A stretch of 64,000 nucleotides of DNA, taken from assembly GCA_964057225.1 (NCBI GenBank), contig OZ059896.1, forward strand, positions 23,188,001 to 23,252,000. Direction: 5' to 3'. Each line of letters opens with the position of its first letter. Position 1 is the first letter of the stretch. Below are positions 13,001 to 26,200 of this stretch, in pieces. The DNA is from Auanema rhodensis (taxonomy: Eukaryota; Animalia; Nematoda). Below the pieces are notes generated by a model. That model worked only from the letters and a program-made list of their open reading frames with translations, was not told where the DNA came from and did not search any database. Made by a program: the position numbers and the translations under genes.

Positions 13001-16000
13001 TAACCATGACTTTGAAATTTACGTGAACTTTAATTTATGCTAATTAAATGTACACGTGATGTGCACTTGGTATGTAACTCGCTTCACGTGAAAGATAAAG
13101 AGATGCGGTTTTCAAAATTAGATTCCCCATGTCCATATTAGTCTAAAAACAAATTTTTATTGATATTGGTTCATGGTAACCATGACTTTGAAATTTACGT
13201 GAACTTTAAGTTATGCTAATTAAATGTACACGTGATGTGCACTCGGTATGTAACTCGCTTCACGTGAAAGATAAAGAGATGCGGTTTTCAAAATTAGATT
13301 CCCCATGTCCATATTAGTCTAAAAACAAATTTTTATTGATATTGGTTCATGGTAACCATGACTTTGAAATTTACGTGAACTTTAATTTATGCTAATTAAA
13401 TGTACACGTGATGTGCACTTGGTATGTAACTCGCTTCACGTGAAAGATAAAGAGATGCGGTTTTCAAAATTAGATTCCCCATGTCCATATTAGTCTAAAA
13501 ACAAATTTTTATTAATATTGGTTCATGGTAACCATGTCTTTGAAATTTACGTGAACTTTAATTTATGCTAATTAAATGTACACGTGATGTGCACTTGGTA
13601 TGTAACTCGCTTCACGTGAAAGATAAAGAGATGCGGTTTTCAAAATTAGATTCCCCATGTCCATATTAGTCTAAAAACAAATTTTTATTAATATTGGTTC
13701 ATGGTAACCATGACTTTGAAATTTACGTGAACTTTAATTTATGCTAATTAAATGTACACGTGATGTGCACTTGGTATGTAACTCGCTTCACGTGAAAGAT
13801 AAAGAGATGCGGTTTTCAAAATTAGATTCCCCATGTCCATATTAGTCTAAAAACAAATTTTTATTAATATTGGTTCATGGTAACCATGTCTTTGAAATTT
13901 ACGTGAACTTTAATTTATGCTAATTAAATGTACACGTGATGTGCACTTGGTATGTAACTCGCTTCACGTGAAAGATAAAGAGATGCGGTTTTCAAAATTA
14001 GATTCCCCATGTCCATATTAGTCTAAAAACAAATTTTTATTAATATTGGTTCATGGTAACCATGTCTTTGAAATTTACGTGAACTTTAATTTATGCTAAT
14101 TAAATGTACACGTGATGTGCACTTGGTATGTAACTCGCTTCACGTGAAAGATAAAGAGATGCGGTTTTCAAAATTAGATTCCCCATGTCCATATTAGTCT
14201 AAAAACAAATTTTTATTAATATTGGTTCATGGTAACCATGTCTTTGAAATTTACGTGAACTTTAATTTATGCTAATTAAATGTACACGTGATGTGCACTT
14301 GGTATGTAACTCGCTTCACGTGAAAGATAAAGCGATGCGGTTTTCAAAATTAGATTCCCCATGTCCATATTAGTCTAAAAACAAATTTTTATTAATATTG
14401 GTTCATGGTAACCATGTCTTTGAAATTTACGTGAACTTTAATTTATGCTAATTAAATGTACACGTGATGTGCACTTGGTATGTAACTCGCTTCACGTGAA
14501 AGATAAAGAGATGCGGTTTTCAAAATTAGATTCCCCATGTCCATATTAGTCTAAAAACAAATTTTTATTAATATTGGTTCATGGTAACCATGTCTTTGAA
14601 ATTTACGTGAACTTTAATTTATGCTAATTAAATGTACACGTGATGTGCACTTGGTATGTAACTCGCTTCACGTGAAAGATAAAGAAATGCGGTTTTCAAA
14701 ATTAGATTCCCCATGTCCATATTAGTCTAAAAACAAATTTTTATTAATATTGGTTCATGGTAACCATGTCTTTGAAATTTACGTGAACTTTAATTTATGC
14801 TAATTAAATGTACACGTGATGTGCACTTGGTATGTAACTCGCTTCACGTGAAAGATAAAGAGATGCGGTTTTCAAAATTAGATTCCCCATGTCCATATTA
14901 GTCTAAAAACAAATTTTTATTAATATTGGTTCATGGTAACCATGTCTTTGAAATTTACGTGAACTTTAATTTATGCTAATTAAATGTACACGTGATGTGC
15001 ACTTGGTATGTAACTCGCTTCACGTGAAAGATAAAGAGATGCGGTTTTCAAAATTAGATTCCCCATGTCCATATTAGTCTAAAAACAAATTTTTATTAAT
15101 ATTGGTTCATGGTAACCATGTCTTTGAAATTTACGTGAACTTTAATTTATGCTAATTAAATGTACACGTGATGTGCACTTGGTATGTACCTCGCTTCACG
15201 TGAAAGATAAAGAGATGCGGTTTTCAAAATTAGATTCCCCATGTCCATATTAGTCTAAAAACAAATTTTTATTAATATTGGTTCATGGTAACCATGTCTT
15301 TGAAATTTACGTGAACTTTAATTTATGCTAATTAAATGTACACGTGATGTGCACTTGGTATGTAACTCGCTTCACGTGAAAGATAAAGAGATGCGGTTCT
15401 CAAAATTAGATTCCCCATGTCCATATTAGTCTAAAAACAAATTTTTATTAATATTGGTTCATGGTAACCATGTCTTTGAAATTTACGTGAACTTTAATTT
15501 ATGCTAATTAAATGTACACGTGATGTGCACTTGGTATGTAACTCGCTTCACGTGAAAGATAAAGCGATGCGGTTTTCAAAATTAGATTCCCCATGTCCAT
15601 ATTAGTCTAAAAACAAATTTTTATTAATATTGGTTCATGGTAACCATGTCTTTGAAATTTACGTGAACTTTAATTTATGCTAATTAAATGTACACGTGAT
15701 GTGCACTTGGTATGTAACTCGCTTCACGTGAAAGATAAAGAGATGCGGTTTTCAAAATTAGATTCCCCATGTCCATATTAGTCTAAAAACAAATTTTTAT
15801 TAATATTGGTTCATGGTAACCATGTCTTTGAAATTTACGTGAACTTTAATTTATGCTAATTAAATGTACACGTGATGTGCACTTGGTATGTAACTCGCTT
15901 CACGTGAAAGATAAAGAAATGCGGTTTTCAAAATTAGATTCCCCATGTCCATATTAGTCTAAAAACAAATTTTTATTAATATTGGTTCATGGTAACCATG

Positions 16001-19000
16001 TCTTTGAAATTTACGTGAACTTTAATTTATGCTAATTAAATGTACACGTGATGTGCACTTGGTATGTAACTCGCTTCACGTGAAAGATAAAGAGATGCGG
16101 TTTTCAAAATTAGATTCCCCATGTCCATATTAGTCTAAAAACAAATTTTTATTAATATTGGTTCATGGTAACCATGTCTTTGAAATTTACGTGAACTTTA
16201 ATTTATGCTAATTAAATGTACACGTGATGTGCACTTGGTATGTAACTCGCTTCACGTGAAAGATAAAGAGATGCGGTTTTCAAAATTAGATTCCCCATGT
16301 CCATATTAGTCTAAAAACAAATTTTTATTAATATTGGTTCATGGTAACCATGTCTTTGAAATTTACGTGAACTTTAATTTATGCTAATTAAATGTACACG
16401 TGATGTGCACTTGGTATGTAACTCGCTTCACGTGAAAGATAAAGAGATGCGGTTTTCAAAATTAGATTCCCCATGTCCATATTAGTCTAAAAACAAATTT
16501 TTATTAATATTGGTTCATGGTAACCATGTCTTTGAAATTTACGTGAACTTTAATTTATGCTAATTAAATGTACACGTGATGTGCACTTGGTATGTAACTC
16601 GCTTCACGTGAAAGATAAAGAGATGCGGTTTTCAAAATTAGATTCCCCATGTCCATATTAGTCTAAAAACAAATTTTTATTAATATTGGTTCATGGTAAC
16701 CATGTCTTTGAAATTTACGTGAACTTTAATTTATGCTAATTAAATGTACACGTGATGTGCACTTGGTATGTAACTCGCTTCACGTGAAAGATAAAGAGAT
16801 GCGGTTTTCAAAATTAGATTCCCCATGTCCATATTAGTCTAAAAACAAATTTTTATTAATATTGGTTCATGGTAACCATGTCTTTGAAATTTACGTGAAC
16901 TTTAATTTATGCTAATTAAATGTACACGTGATGTGCACTTGGTATGTAACTCGCTTCACGTGAAAGATAAAGCGATGCGGTTTTCAAAATTAGATTCCCC
17001 ATGTCCATATTAGTCTAAAAACAAATTTTTATTAATATTGGTTCATGGTAACCATGTCTTTGAAATTTACGTGAACTTTAATTTATGCTAATTAAATGTA
17101 CACGTGATGTGCACTTGGTATGTAACTCGCTTCACGTGAAAGATAAAGAGATGCGGTTTTCAAAATTAGATTCCCCATGTCCATATTAGTCTAAAAACAA
17201 ATTTTTATTAATATTGGTTCATGGTAACCATGTCTTTGAAATTTACGTGAACTTTAATTTATGCTAATTAAATGTACACGTGATGTGCACTTGGTATGTA
17301 ACTCGCTTCACGTGAAAGATAAAGAAATGCGGTTTTCAAAATTAGATTCCCCATGTCCATATTAGTCTAAAAACAAATTTTTATTAATATTGGTTCATGG
17401 TAACCATGTCTTTGAAATTTACGTGAACTTTAATTTATGCTAATTAAATGTACACGTGATGTGCACTTGGTATGTAACTCGCTTCACGTGAAAGATAAAG
17501 AGATGCGGTTTTCAAAATTAGATTCCCCATGTCCATATTAGTCTAAAAACAAATTTTTATTAATATTGGTTCATGGTAACCATGTCTTTGAAATTTACGT
17601 GAACTTTAATTTATGCTAATTAAATGTACACGTGATGTGCACTTGGTATGTAACTCGCTTCACGTGAAAGATAAAGAGATGCGGTTTTCAAAATTAGATT
17701 CCCCATGTCCATATTAGTCTAAAAACAAATTTTTATTAATATTGGTTCATGGTAACCATGTCTTTGAAATTTACGTGAACTTTAATTTATGCTAATTAAA
17801 TGTACACGTGATGTGCACTTGGTATGTACCTCGCTTCACGTGAAAGATAAAGAGATGCGGTTTTCAAAATTAGATTCCCCATGTCCATATTAGTCTAAAA
17901 ACAAATTTTTATTAATATTGGTTCATGGTAACCATGTCTTTGAAATTTACGTGAACTTTAATTTATGCTAATTAAATGTACACGTGATGTGCACTTGGTA
18001 TGTAACTCGCTTCACGTGAAAGATAAAGAGATGCGGTTCTCAAAATTAGATTCCCCATGTCCATATTAGTCTAAAAACAAATTTTTATTAATATTGGTTC
18101 ATGGTAACCATGTCTTTGAAATTTACGTGAACTTTAATTTATGCTAATTAAATGTACACGTGATGTGCACTTGGTATGTAACTCGCTTCACGTGAAAGAT
18201 AAAGCGATGCGGTTTTCAAAATTAGATTCCCCATGTCCATATTAGTCTAAAAACAAATTTTTATTAATATTGGTTCATGGTAACCATGTCTTTGAAATTT
18301 ACGTGAACTTTAATTTATGCTAATTAAATGTACACGTGATGTGCACTTGGTATGTAACTCGCTTCACGTGAAAGATAAAGAGATGCGGTTTTCAAAATTA
18401 GATTCCCCATGTCCATATTAGTCTAAAAACAAATTTTTATTAATATTGGTTCATGGTAACCATGTCTTTGAAATTTACGTGAACTTTAATTTATGCTAAT
18501 TAAATGTACACGTGATGTGCACTTGGTATGTAACTCGCTTCACGTGAAAGATAAAGAAATGCGGTTTTCAAAATTAGATTCCCCATGTCCATATTAGTCT
18601 AAAAACAAATTTTTATTAATATTGGTTCATGGTAACCATGTCTTTGAAATTTACGTGAACTTTAATTTATGCTAATTAAATGTACACGTGATGTGCACTT
18701 GGTATGTAACTCGCTTCACGTGAAAGATAAAGAGATGCGGTTTTCAAAATTAGATTCCCCATGTCCATATTAGTCTAAAAACAAATTTTTATTAATATTG
18801 GTTCATGGTAACCATGTCTTTGAAATTTACGTGAACTTTAATTTATGCTAATTAAATGTACACGTGATGTGCACTTGGTATGTAACTCGCTTCACGTGAA
18901 AGATAAAGAGATGCGGTTTTCAAAATTAGATTCCCCATGTCCATATTAGTCTAAAAACAAATTTTTATTAATATTGGTTCATGGTAACCATGTCTTTGAA

Positions 19001-22000
19001 ATTTACGTGAACTTTAATTTATGCTAATTAAATGTACACGTGATGTGCACTTGGTATGTAACTCGCTTCACGTGAAAGATAAAGAGATGCGGTTTTCAAA
19101 ATTAGATTCCCCATGTCCATATTAGTCTAAAAACAAATTTTTATTAATATTGGTTCATGGTAACCATGTCTTTGAAATTTACGTGAACTTTAATTTATGC
19201 TAATTAAATGTACACGTGATGTGCACTTGGTATGTAACTCGCTTCACGTGAAAGATAAAGAGATGCGGTTTTCAAAATTAGATTCCCCATGTCCATATTA
19301 GTCTAAAAACAAATTTTTATTAATATTGGTTCATGGTAACCATGTCTTTGAAATTTACGTGAACTTTAATTTATGCTAATTAAATGTACACGTGATGTGC
19401 ACTTGGTATGTAACTCGCTTCACGTGAAAGATAAAGAGATGCGGTTTTCAAAATTAGATTCCCCATGTCCATATTAGTCTAAAAACAAGTTTTTATTAAT
19501 ATTGGTTCATGGTAACCATGTCTTTGAAATTTACGTGAACTTTAATTTATGCTAATTAAATGTACACGTGATGTGCACTTGGTATGTAACTCGCTTCACG
19601 TGAAAGATAAAGAGATGCGGTTTTCAAAATTAGATTCCCCATGTCCATATTAGTCTAAAAACAAATTTTTATTAATATTGGTTCATGGTAACCATGTCTT
19701 TGAAATTTACGTGAACTTTAATTTATGCTAATTGAATGTACACGTGATGTGCACTTGGTATGTAACTCGCTTCACGTGAAAGATAAAGAGATGCGGTTTT
19801 CAAAATTAGATTCCCCATGTCCATATTAGTATAAAAATAAATTTTTATTGATATTGGTTCATGGTAACCATGACTTTGAAATTTACGTGAACTTTAATTT
19901 ATGCTAATTAAATGTACACGTGATGTGCACTTGGTATGTAACTCGCTTCACGTGAAAGATAAAGAGATGCGGTTTTCAAAATTAGATTCCCCATGTCCAT
20001 ATTAGTATAAAAATAAATTTTTATTGATATTGGTTCATGGTAACCATGACTTTGAAATTTACGTGAACTTTAATTTATGCTAATTAAATGTACACGTGAT
20101 GTGCACTTGGTATGTAACTCGCTTCACGTGAAAGATAAAGAGATGCGGTTTTCAAAATTAGATTCCCCATGTCCATATTAGTCTAAAAACAAATTTTTAT
20201 TAATATTGGTTCATGGTAACCATGTCTTTGAAATTTACGTGAACTTTAATTTATGCTAATTAAATGTACACGTGATGTGCACTTGGTATGTAACTCGCTT
20301 CACGTGAAAGATAAAGAGATGCGGTTTTCAAAATTAGATTCCCCATGTCCATATTAGTCTAAAAACAAATTTTTATTAATATTGGTTCATGGTAACCATG
20401 TCTTTGAAATTTACGTGAACTTTAATTTATGCTAATTAAATGTACACGTGATGTGCACTTGGTATGTAACTCGCTTCACGTGAAAGATAAAGAGATGCGG
20501 TTCTCAAAATTAGATTCCCCATGTCCATATTAGTCTAAAAACAAATTTTTATTAATATTGGTTCATGGTAACCATGTCTTTGAAATTTACGTGAACTTTA
20601 ATTTATGCTAATTAAATGTACACGTGATGTGCACTTGGTATGTAACTCGCTTCACGTGAAAGATAAAGCGATGCGGTTTTCAAAATTAGATTCCCCATGT
20701 CCATATTAGTCTAAAAACAAATTTTTATTAATATTGGTTCATGGTAACCATGTCTTTGAAATTTACGTGAACTTTAATTTATGCTAATTAAATGTACACG
20801 TGATGTGCACTTGGTATGTAACTCGCTTCACGTGAAAGATAAAGAGATGCGGTTTTCAAAATTAGATTCCCCATGTCCATATTAGTCTAAAAACAAATTT
20901 TTATTAATATTGGTTCATGGTAACCATGTCTTTGAAATTTACGTGAACTTTAATTTATGCTAATTAAATGTACACGTGATGTGCACTTGGTATGTAACTC
21001 GCTTCACGTGAAAGATAAAGAAATGCGGTTTTCAAAATTAGATTCCCCATGTCCATATTAGTCTAAAAACAAATTTTTATTAATATTGGTTCATGGTAAC
21101 CATGTCTTTGAAATTTACGTGAACTTTAATTTATGCTAATTAAATGTACACGTGATGTGCACTTGGTATGTAACTCGCTTCACGTGAAAGATAAAGAGAT
21201 GCGGTTTTCAAAATTAGATTCCCCATGTCCATATTAGTCTAAAAACAAATTTTTATTAATATTGGTTCATGGTAACCATGTCTTTGAAATTTACGTGAAC
21301 TTTAATTTATGCTAATTAAATGTACACGTGATGTGCACTTGGTATGTAACTCGCTTCACGTGAAAGATAAAGAGATGCGGTTTTCAAAATTAGATTCCCC
21401 ATGTCCATATTAGTCTAAAAACAAATTTTTATTAATATTGGTTCATGGTAACCATGTCTTTGAAATTTACGTGAACTTTAATTTATGCTAATTAAATGTA
21501 CACGTGATGTGCACTTGGTATGTAACTCGCTTCACGTGAAAGATAAAGAGATGCGGTTTTCAAAATTAGATTCCCCATGTCCATATTAGTCTAAAAACAA
21601 ATTTTTATTAATATTGGTTCATGGTAACCATGTCTTTGAAATTTACGTGAACTTTAATTTATGCTAATTAAATGTACACGTGATGTGCACTTGGTATGTA
21701 ACTCGCTTCACGTGAAAGATAAAGAGATGCGGTTTTCAAAATTAGATTCCCCATGTCCATATTAGTCTAAAAACAAATTTTTATTAATATTGGTTCATGG
21801 TAACCATGTCTTTGAAATTTACGTGAACTTTAATTTATGCTAATTAAATGTACACGTGATGTGCACTTGGTATGTAACTCGCTTCACGTGAAAGATAAAG
21901 AGATGCGGTTTTCAAAATTAGATTCCCCATGTCCATATTAGTCTAAAAACAAGTTTTTATTAATATTGGTTCATGGTAACCATGTCTTTGAAATTTACGT

Positions 22001-23056
22001 GAACTTTAATTTATGCTAATTAAATGTACACGTGATGTGCACTTGGTATGTAACTCGCTTCACGTGAAAGATAAAGAGATGCGGTTTTCAAAATTAGATT
22101 CCCCATGTCCATATTAGTCTAAAAACAAATTTTTATTAATATTGGTTCATGGTAACCATGTCTTTGAAATTTACGTGAACTTTAATTTATGCTAATTGAA
22201 TGTACACGTGATGTGCACTTGGTATGTAACTCGCTTCACGTGAAAGATAAAGAGATGCGGTTTTCAAAATTAGATTCCCCATGTCCATATTAGTATAAAA
22301 ATAAATTTTTATTGATATTGGTTCATGGTAACTATGACTTTGAAATTTACGTGAACTTTAATTTATGCTAATTAAATGTACACGTGATGTGCACTTGGTA
22401 TGTAACTCGCTTCACGTGAAAGATAAAGAGATGCGGTTTTCAAAATTAGATTCCCCATGTCCATATTAGTATAAAAATAAATTTTTATTGATATTGGTTC
22501 ATGGTAACCATGACTTTGAAATTTACGTGAACTTTAATTTATGCTAATTAAATGTACACGTGATGTGCACTTGGTATGTAACTCGCTTCACGTGAAAGAT
22601 AAAGAGATGCGGTTTTCAAAATTAGATTCCCCATGTCCATATTAGTCTAAAAACAAATTTTTATTAATATTGGTTCATGGTAACCATGTCTTTGAAATTT
22701 ACGTGAACTTTAATTTATGCTAATTAAATGTACACGTGATGTGCACTTGGTATGTAACTCGCTTCACGTGAAAGATAAAGAGATGCGGTTTTCAAAATTA
22801 GATTCCCCATGTCCATATTAGTCTAAAAACAAATTTTTATTGATATTGGTTCATGGTAACCATGACTTTGATATTTACGTGAACTTTAATTTATGCTAAT
22901 TAAATGTACACGTGATGTGCACTTGGTATGTAACTCGCTTCACGTGAAAGATAAAGAGATGCGGTTTTCAAAATTAGATTCCCCATGTCCATATTAGTCT
23001 AAAAACAAATTTTTATTGATATTGGTGCATGGTAACCATGACTTTGAAATTTACGT
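4049..23056 (+). repeat. Large higher-order duplication: 41-monomer unit (~4049-11264) followed by an internally expanded copy (~11265-23056)
   Basis: Rare variants pair at an offset of 7216 bp (41x176): 4361/11577, 4591/11807, 5994/13210. End-of-unit variants pair at 11968 bp (68x176): 10230/22198, 10904/22872. Boundaries are approximate. Confidence 0.85.
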
Positions 23057-23282
23057 GAACTTTAATTTATGCTAATTAAATGTACACGTGATGTGCACTT
23101 GGTATGTAACTCGCTTCACGTGAAAGATGAAGAGATGCGGTTTTCAAAATTAGATTCCCCATGTCCATATTAGTCTACAAACAAATTTGTATTGATATTG
23201 GTGCATGGTAACCATGACTTTGAAATTTACGTGAACTTTAATTTATGCTAATTAAATGTACACGTGATGTGCACTTGGTATG

Positions 23283-23298
23283 TAACTCGCTAACTCGC
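23283..23298 (+). repeat. 8-bp tandem micro-duplication (TAACTCGC)x2, giving one 184-bp monomer
   Basis: TG-TAACTCGC-TAACTCGC-TTCACGTG. All downstream monomer starts shift by +8 (24121 = 137x176+8+1). Confidence 0.97.
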
Positions 23299-26200
23299 TT
23301 CACGTGAAAGATAAAGAGATGCGGTTTTCAAAATTAAATTCCCCATGTCCATATTAGTCTAAAAACAAATTTTTATTGATATTGGTTCATGGTAACCATG
23401 ACTTTGAAATTTACGTGAACTTTAATTTATGCTAATTAAATGTACACGTGATGTGCACTTGGTATGTAACTCGCTTCACGTGAAAGATAAAGAGATGCGG
23501 TTTTCAAAATTAGATTTCTCATGTCCATATTAGTCTAAAAACAAATTTTTATTGATATTGGTTCATGGTAACCATGACTTTGAAATTTACGTGAACTTTA
23601 ATTTATGCTAATTAAATGTACACGTGATGTGCACTTGGTATGTAACTCGCTTCACGTGAAAGATAAAGAGATGCGGTTTTCAAAATTAGATTCCTCATGT
23701 CCATATTAGTCTAAAAACAAATTTTTATTGATATTGGTGCATGGTAACCATGACTTTGAAATTTACGTGAACTTTAATTTATGCTAATTAAATGTACACT
23801 TGATGTACACTTGGTATGTAACTCGCTTCACGTGAAAGATAAAGAGATGCGGTTTTCAAAATTAGATTCCCCATGTCCATATTAGTCTAAAAACAAATTT
23901 TTATTGATATTGGTGCATGGTAACCATGACTTTGAAATTTACGTGAACTTTAATTTATGCTAATTAAATGTACACGTGATGTGCACTTGGTATGTAACTC
24001 GCTTCACGTGAAAGATAAAGAGATGCGGTTTTCAAAATTAGATTTCCCATGTCCATATTAGTATAAAAATAAATTTTTATTGAGATTGGTTCATGGTAAC
24101 CATGACTTTGAAATTTACGTGAACTTTAATTTATGCTAATTAAATGTACACGTGATGTGCACTTGGTATGTAACTCGCTTCACGTGAAAGATAAAAAGAT
24201 GCGGTTTTCAAAATTAGATTCCCCATGTCCATATTAGTCTAAAAACAAATTTTTATTAATATTGGTTCATGGTAACCATGTCTTTGAAATTTACGTGAAC
24301 TTTAATTTATGCTAATTAAATGTACACGTGATGTGCACTTGGTATGTAACTCGCTTCACGTGAAAGATAAAGAGATTCGGTTTTCAAAATTAGATTCCCC
24401 ATGTCCATATTAGTCTAAAAACAAATTTTTATTGATATTGGTTCATGGTAACCATGATTTTGAAATTTACGTGAACTTTAATTTATGCTAATTAAATGTA
24501 CACCTGATGTGCACTTGGTATGTAACTCGCTTCACGTGAAAGATAAAGAAATGCGGTTTTCAAAATTAGATTCCCCATGTCCATTTTAGTCTAAAAACAA
24601 ATTTTTATTGATATTGGTTCATGGTAACCATGACTTTGAAATTTACGTGAACTTTAATTTATGCTAATTAAATGTACACGTGCTGTGCACTTGGTATGTA
24701 ACTCGCTTCACGTGAAAGATAAAGAGATGCGGTTTTCAAAATTAGATTCCCCATGTCCATATTAGTCTAAAAACAAATTTTTATTGATATTGGTTCATGG
24801 TAACCATGACTTTGATATTTACGTGAACTTTAATTTATGCTAATTAAATGTACACGTGATGTGCACTTGGTATGTAACTCGCTTCACGTGAAAGATAAAG
24901 AGATGCGGTTTTCAAAATTAGATTCCCCATGTCCATATTAGTCAAAAAACAAATTTTTATTGATATTGGTGCATGGTAACCATGACTTTGAAATTTACGT
25001 GAACTTTAATTTATGCTAATTAAATGTACACGTGATGTGCACTTGGTATGTAACTCGCTTCACGTGAAAGATAAAGAGATGCGGTTTTCAAAATTAGATT
25101 CCCCATGTCCATATTAGTCAAAAAACAAATTTTTATTGATATTGGTGCATGGTAACCATGACTTTGAAATTTACGTGAACTTTAATTTATGCTAATTAAA
25201 TGTACACGTGATGTGCACTTGGTATGTAACTCGCTTCACGTGAAAGATAAAGAGATGCGGTTTTCAAAATTAGATTCCCCATGTCCATATTAGTCTAAAA
25301 ACAAATTTTTATTGATATTGGTTCATGGTAACCATGACTTTGAAATTTACGTGATTTTTAATTTATGCTAATTAAATGTACACGTGATGTGCACTTGGTA
25401 TGTAACTCGCTTCACGTGAAAGATAAAGAGATGCGGTTTTCAAAACTAGATTCCCCATGTCCATATTAGTCTAAAAACAAATTTTTATTGATATTGGTGC
25501 ATGGTAACCATGACTTTGAAATTTACGTGAACTTTAATTTATGCTAATTAAATGTACACTTGATGTACACTTGGTATGTAACTCGCTTCACGTGAAAGAT
25601 AAAGAGATGCGGTTTTCAAAATTAGATTCCCCATGTCCATATTAGTCTAAAAACAAATTTTTATTGATATTGGTGCATGGTAACCATGACTTTGAAATTT
25701 ACGTGAACTTTAATTTATGCTAATTAAATGTACACGTGATGTGCACTTGGTATGTAACTCGCTTCACGTGAAAGATAAAGAGATGCGATTTTCAAAATTA
25801 GATTCCCCATGTCCATATTAGTCTAAAAACAAATTTTTATTGATATTGGTTCATGGTAACCATGACTTTGAAATTTACGTGAACTTTAATTTATGCTAAT
25901 TAAATGTACACGTGATGTGCACTTGGTATGTAACTCGCTTCACGTGAAAGATAAAGAGATGCGGTTTTCAAAATTAGATTCCCCATGTCAATATTAGTCT
26001 AAAAACAAATTTTTATTGATATTGGTTCATGGTAACCATGATTTTGAAATTTACGTGAACTTTAATTTATGCTAATTAAATGTACACCTGATGTGCACTT
26101 GGTATGTAACTCGCTTCACGTGAAAGATAAAGAAATGCGGTTTTCAAAATTAGATTCCCCATGTCCATTTTAGTCTAAAAACAAATTTTTATTGATATTG

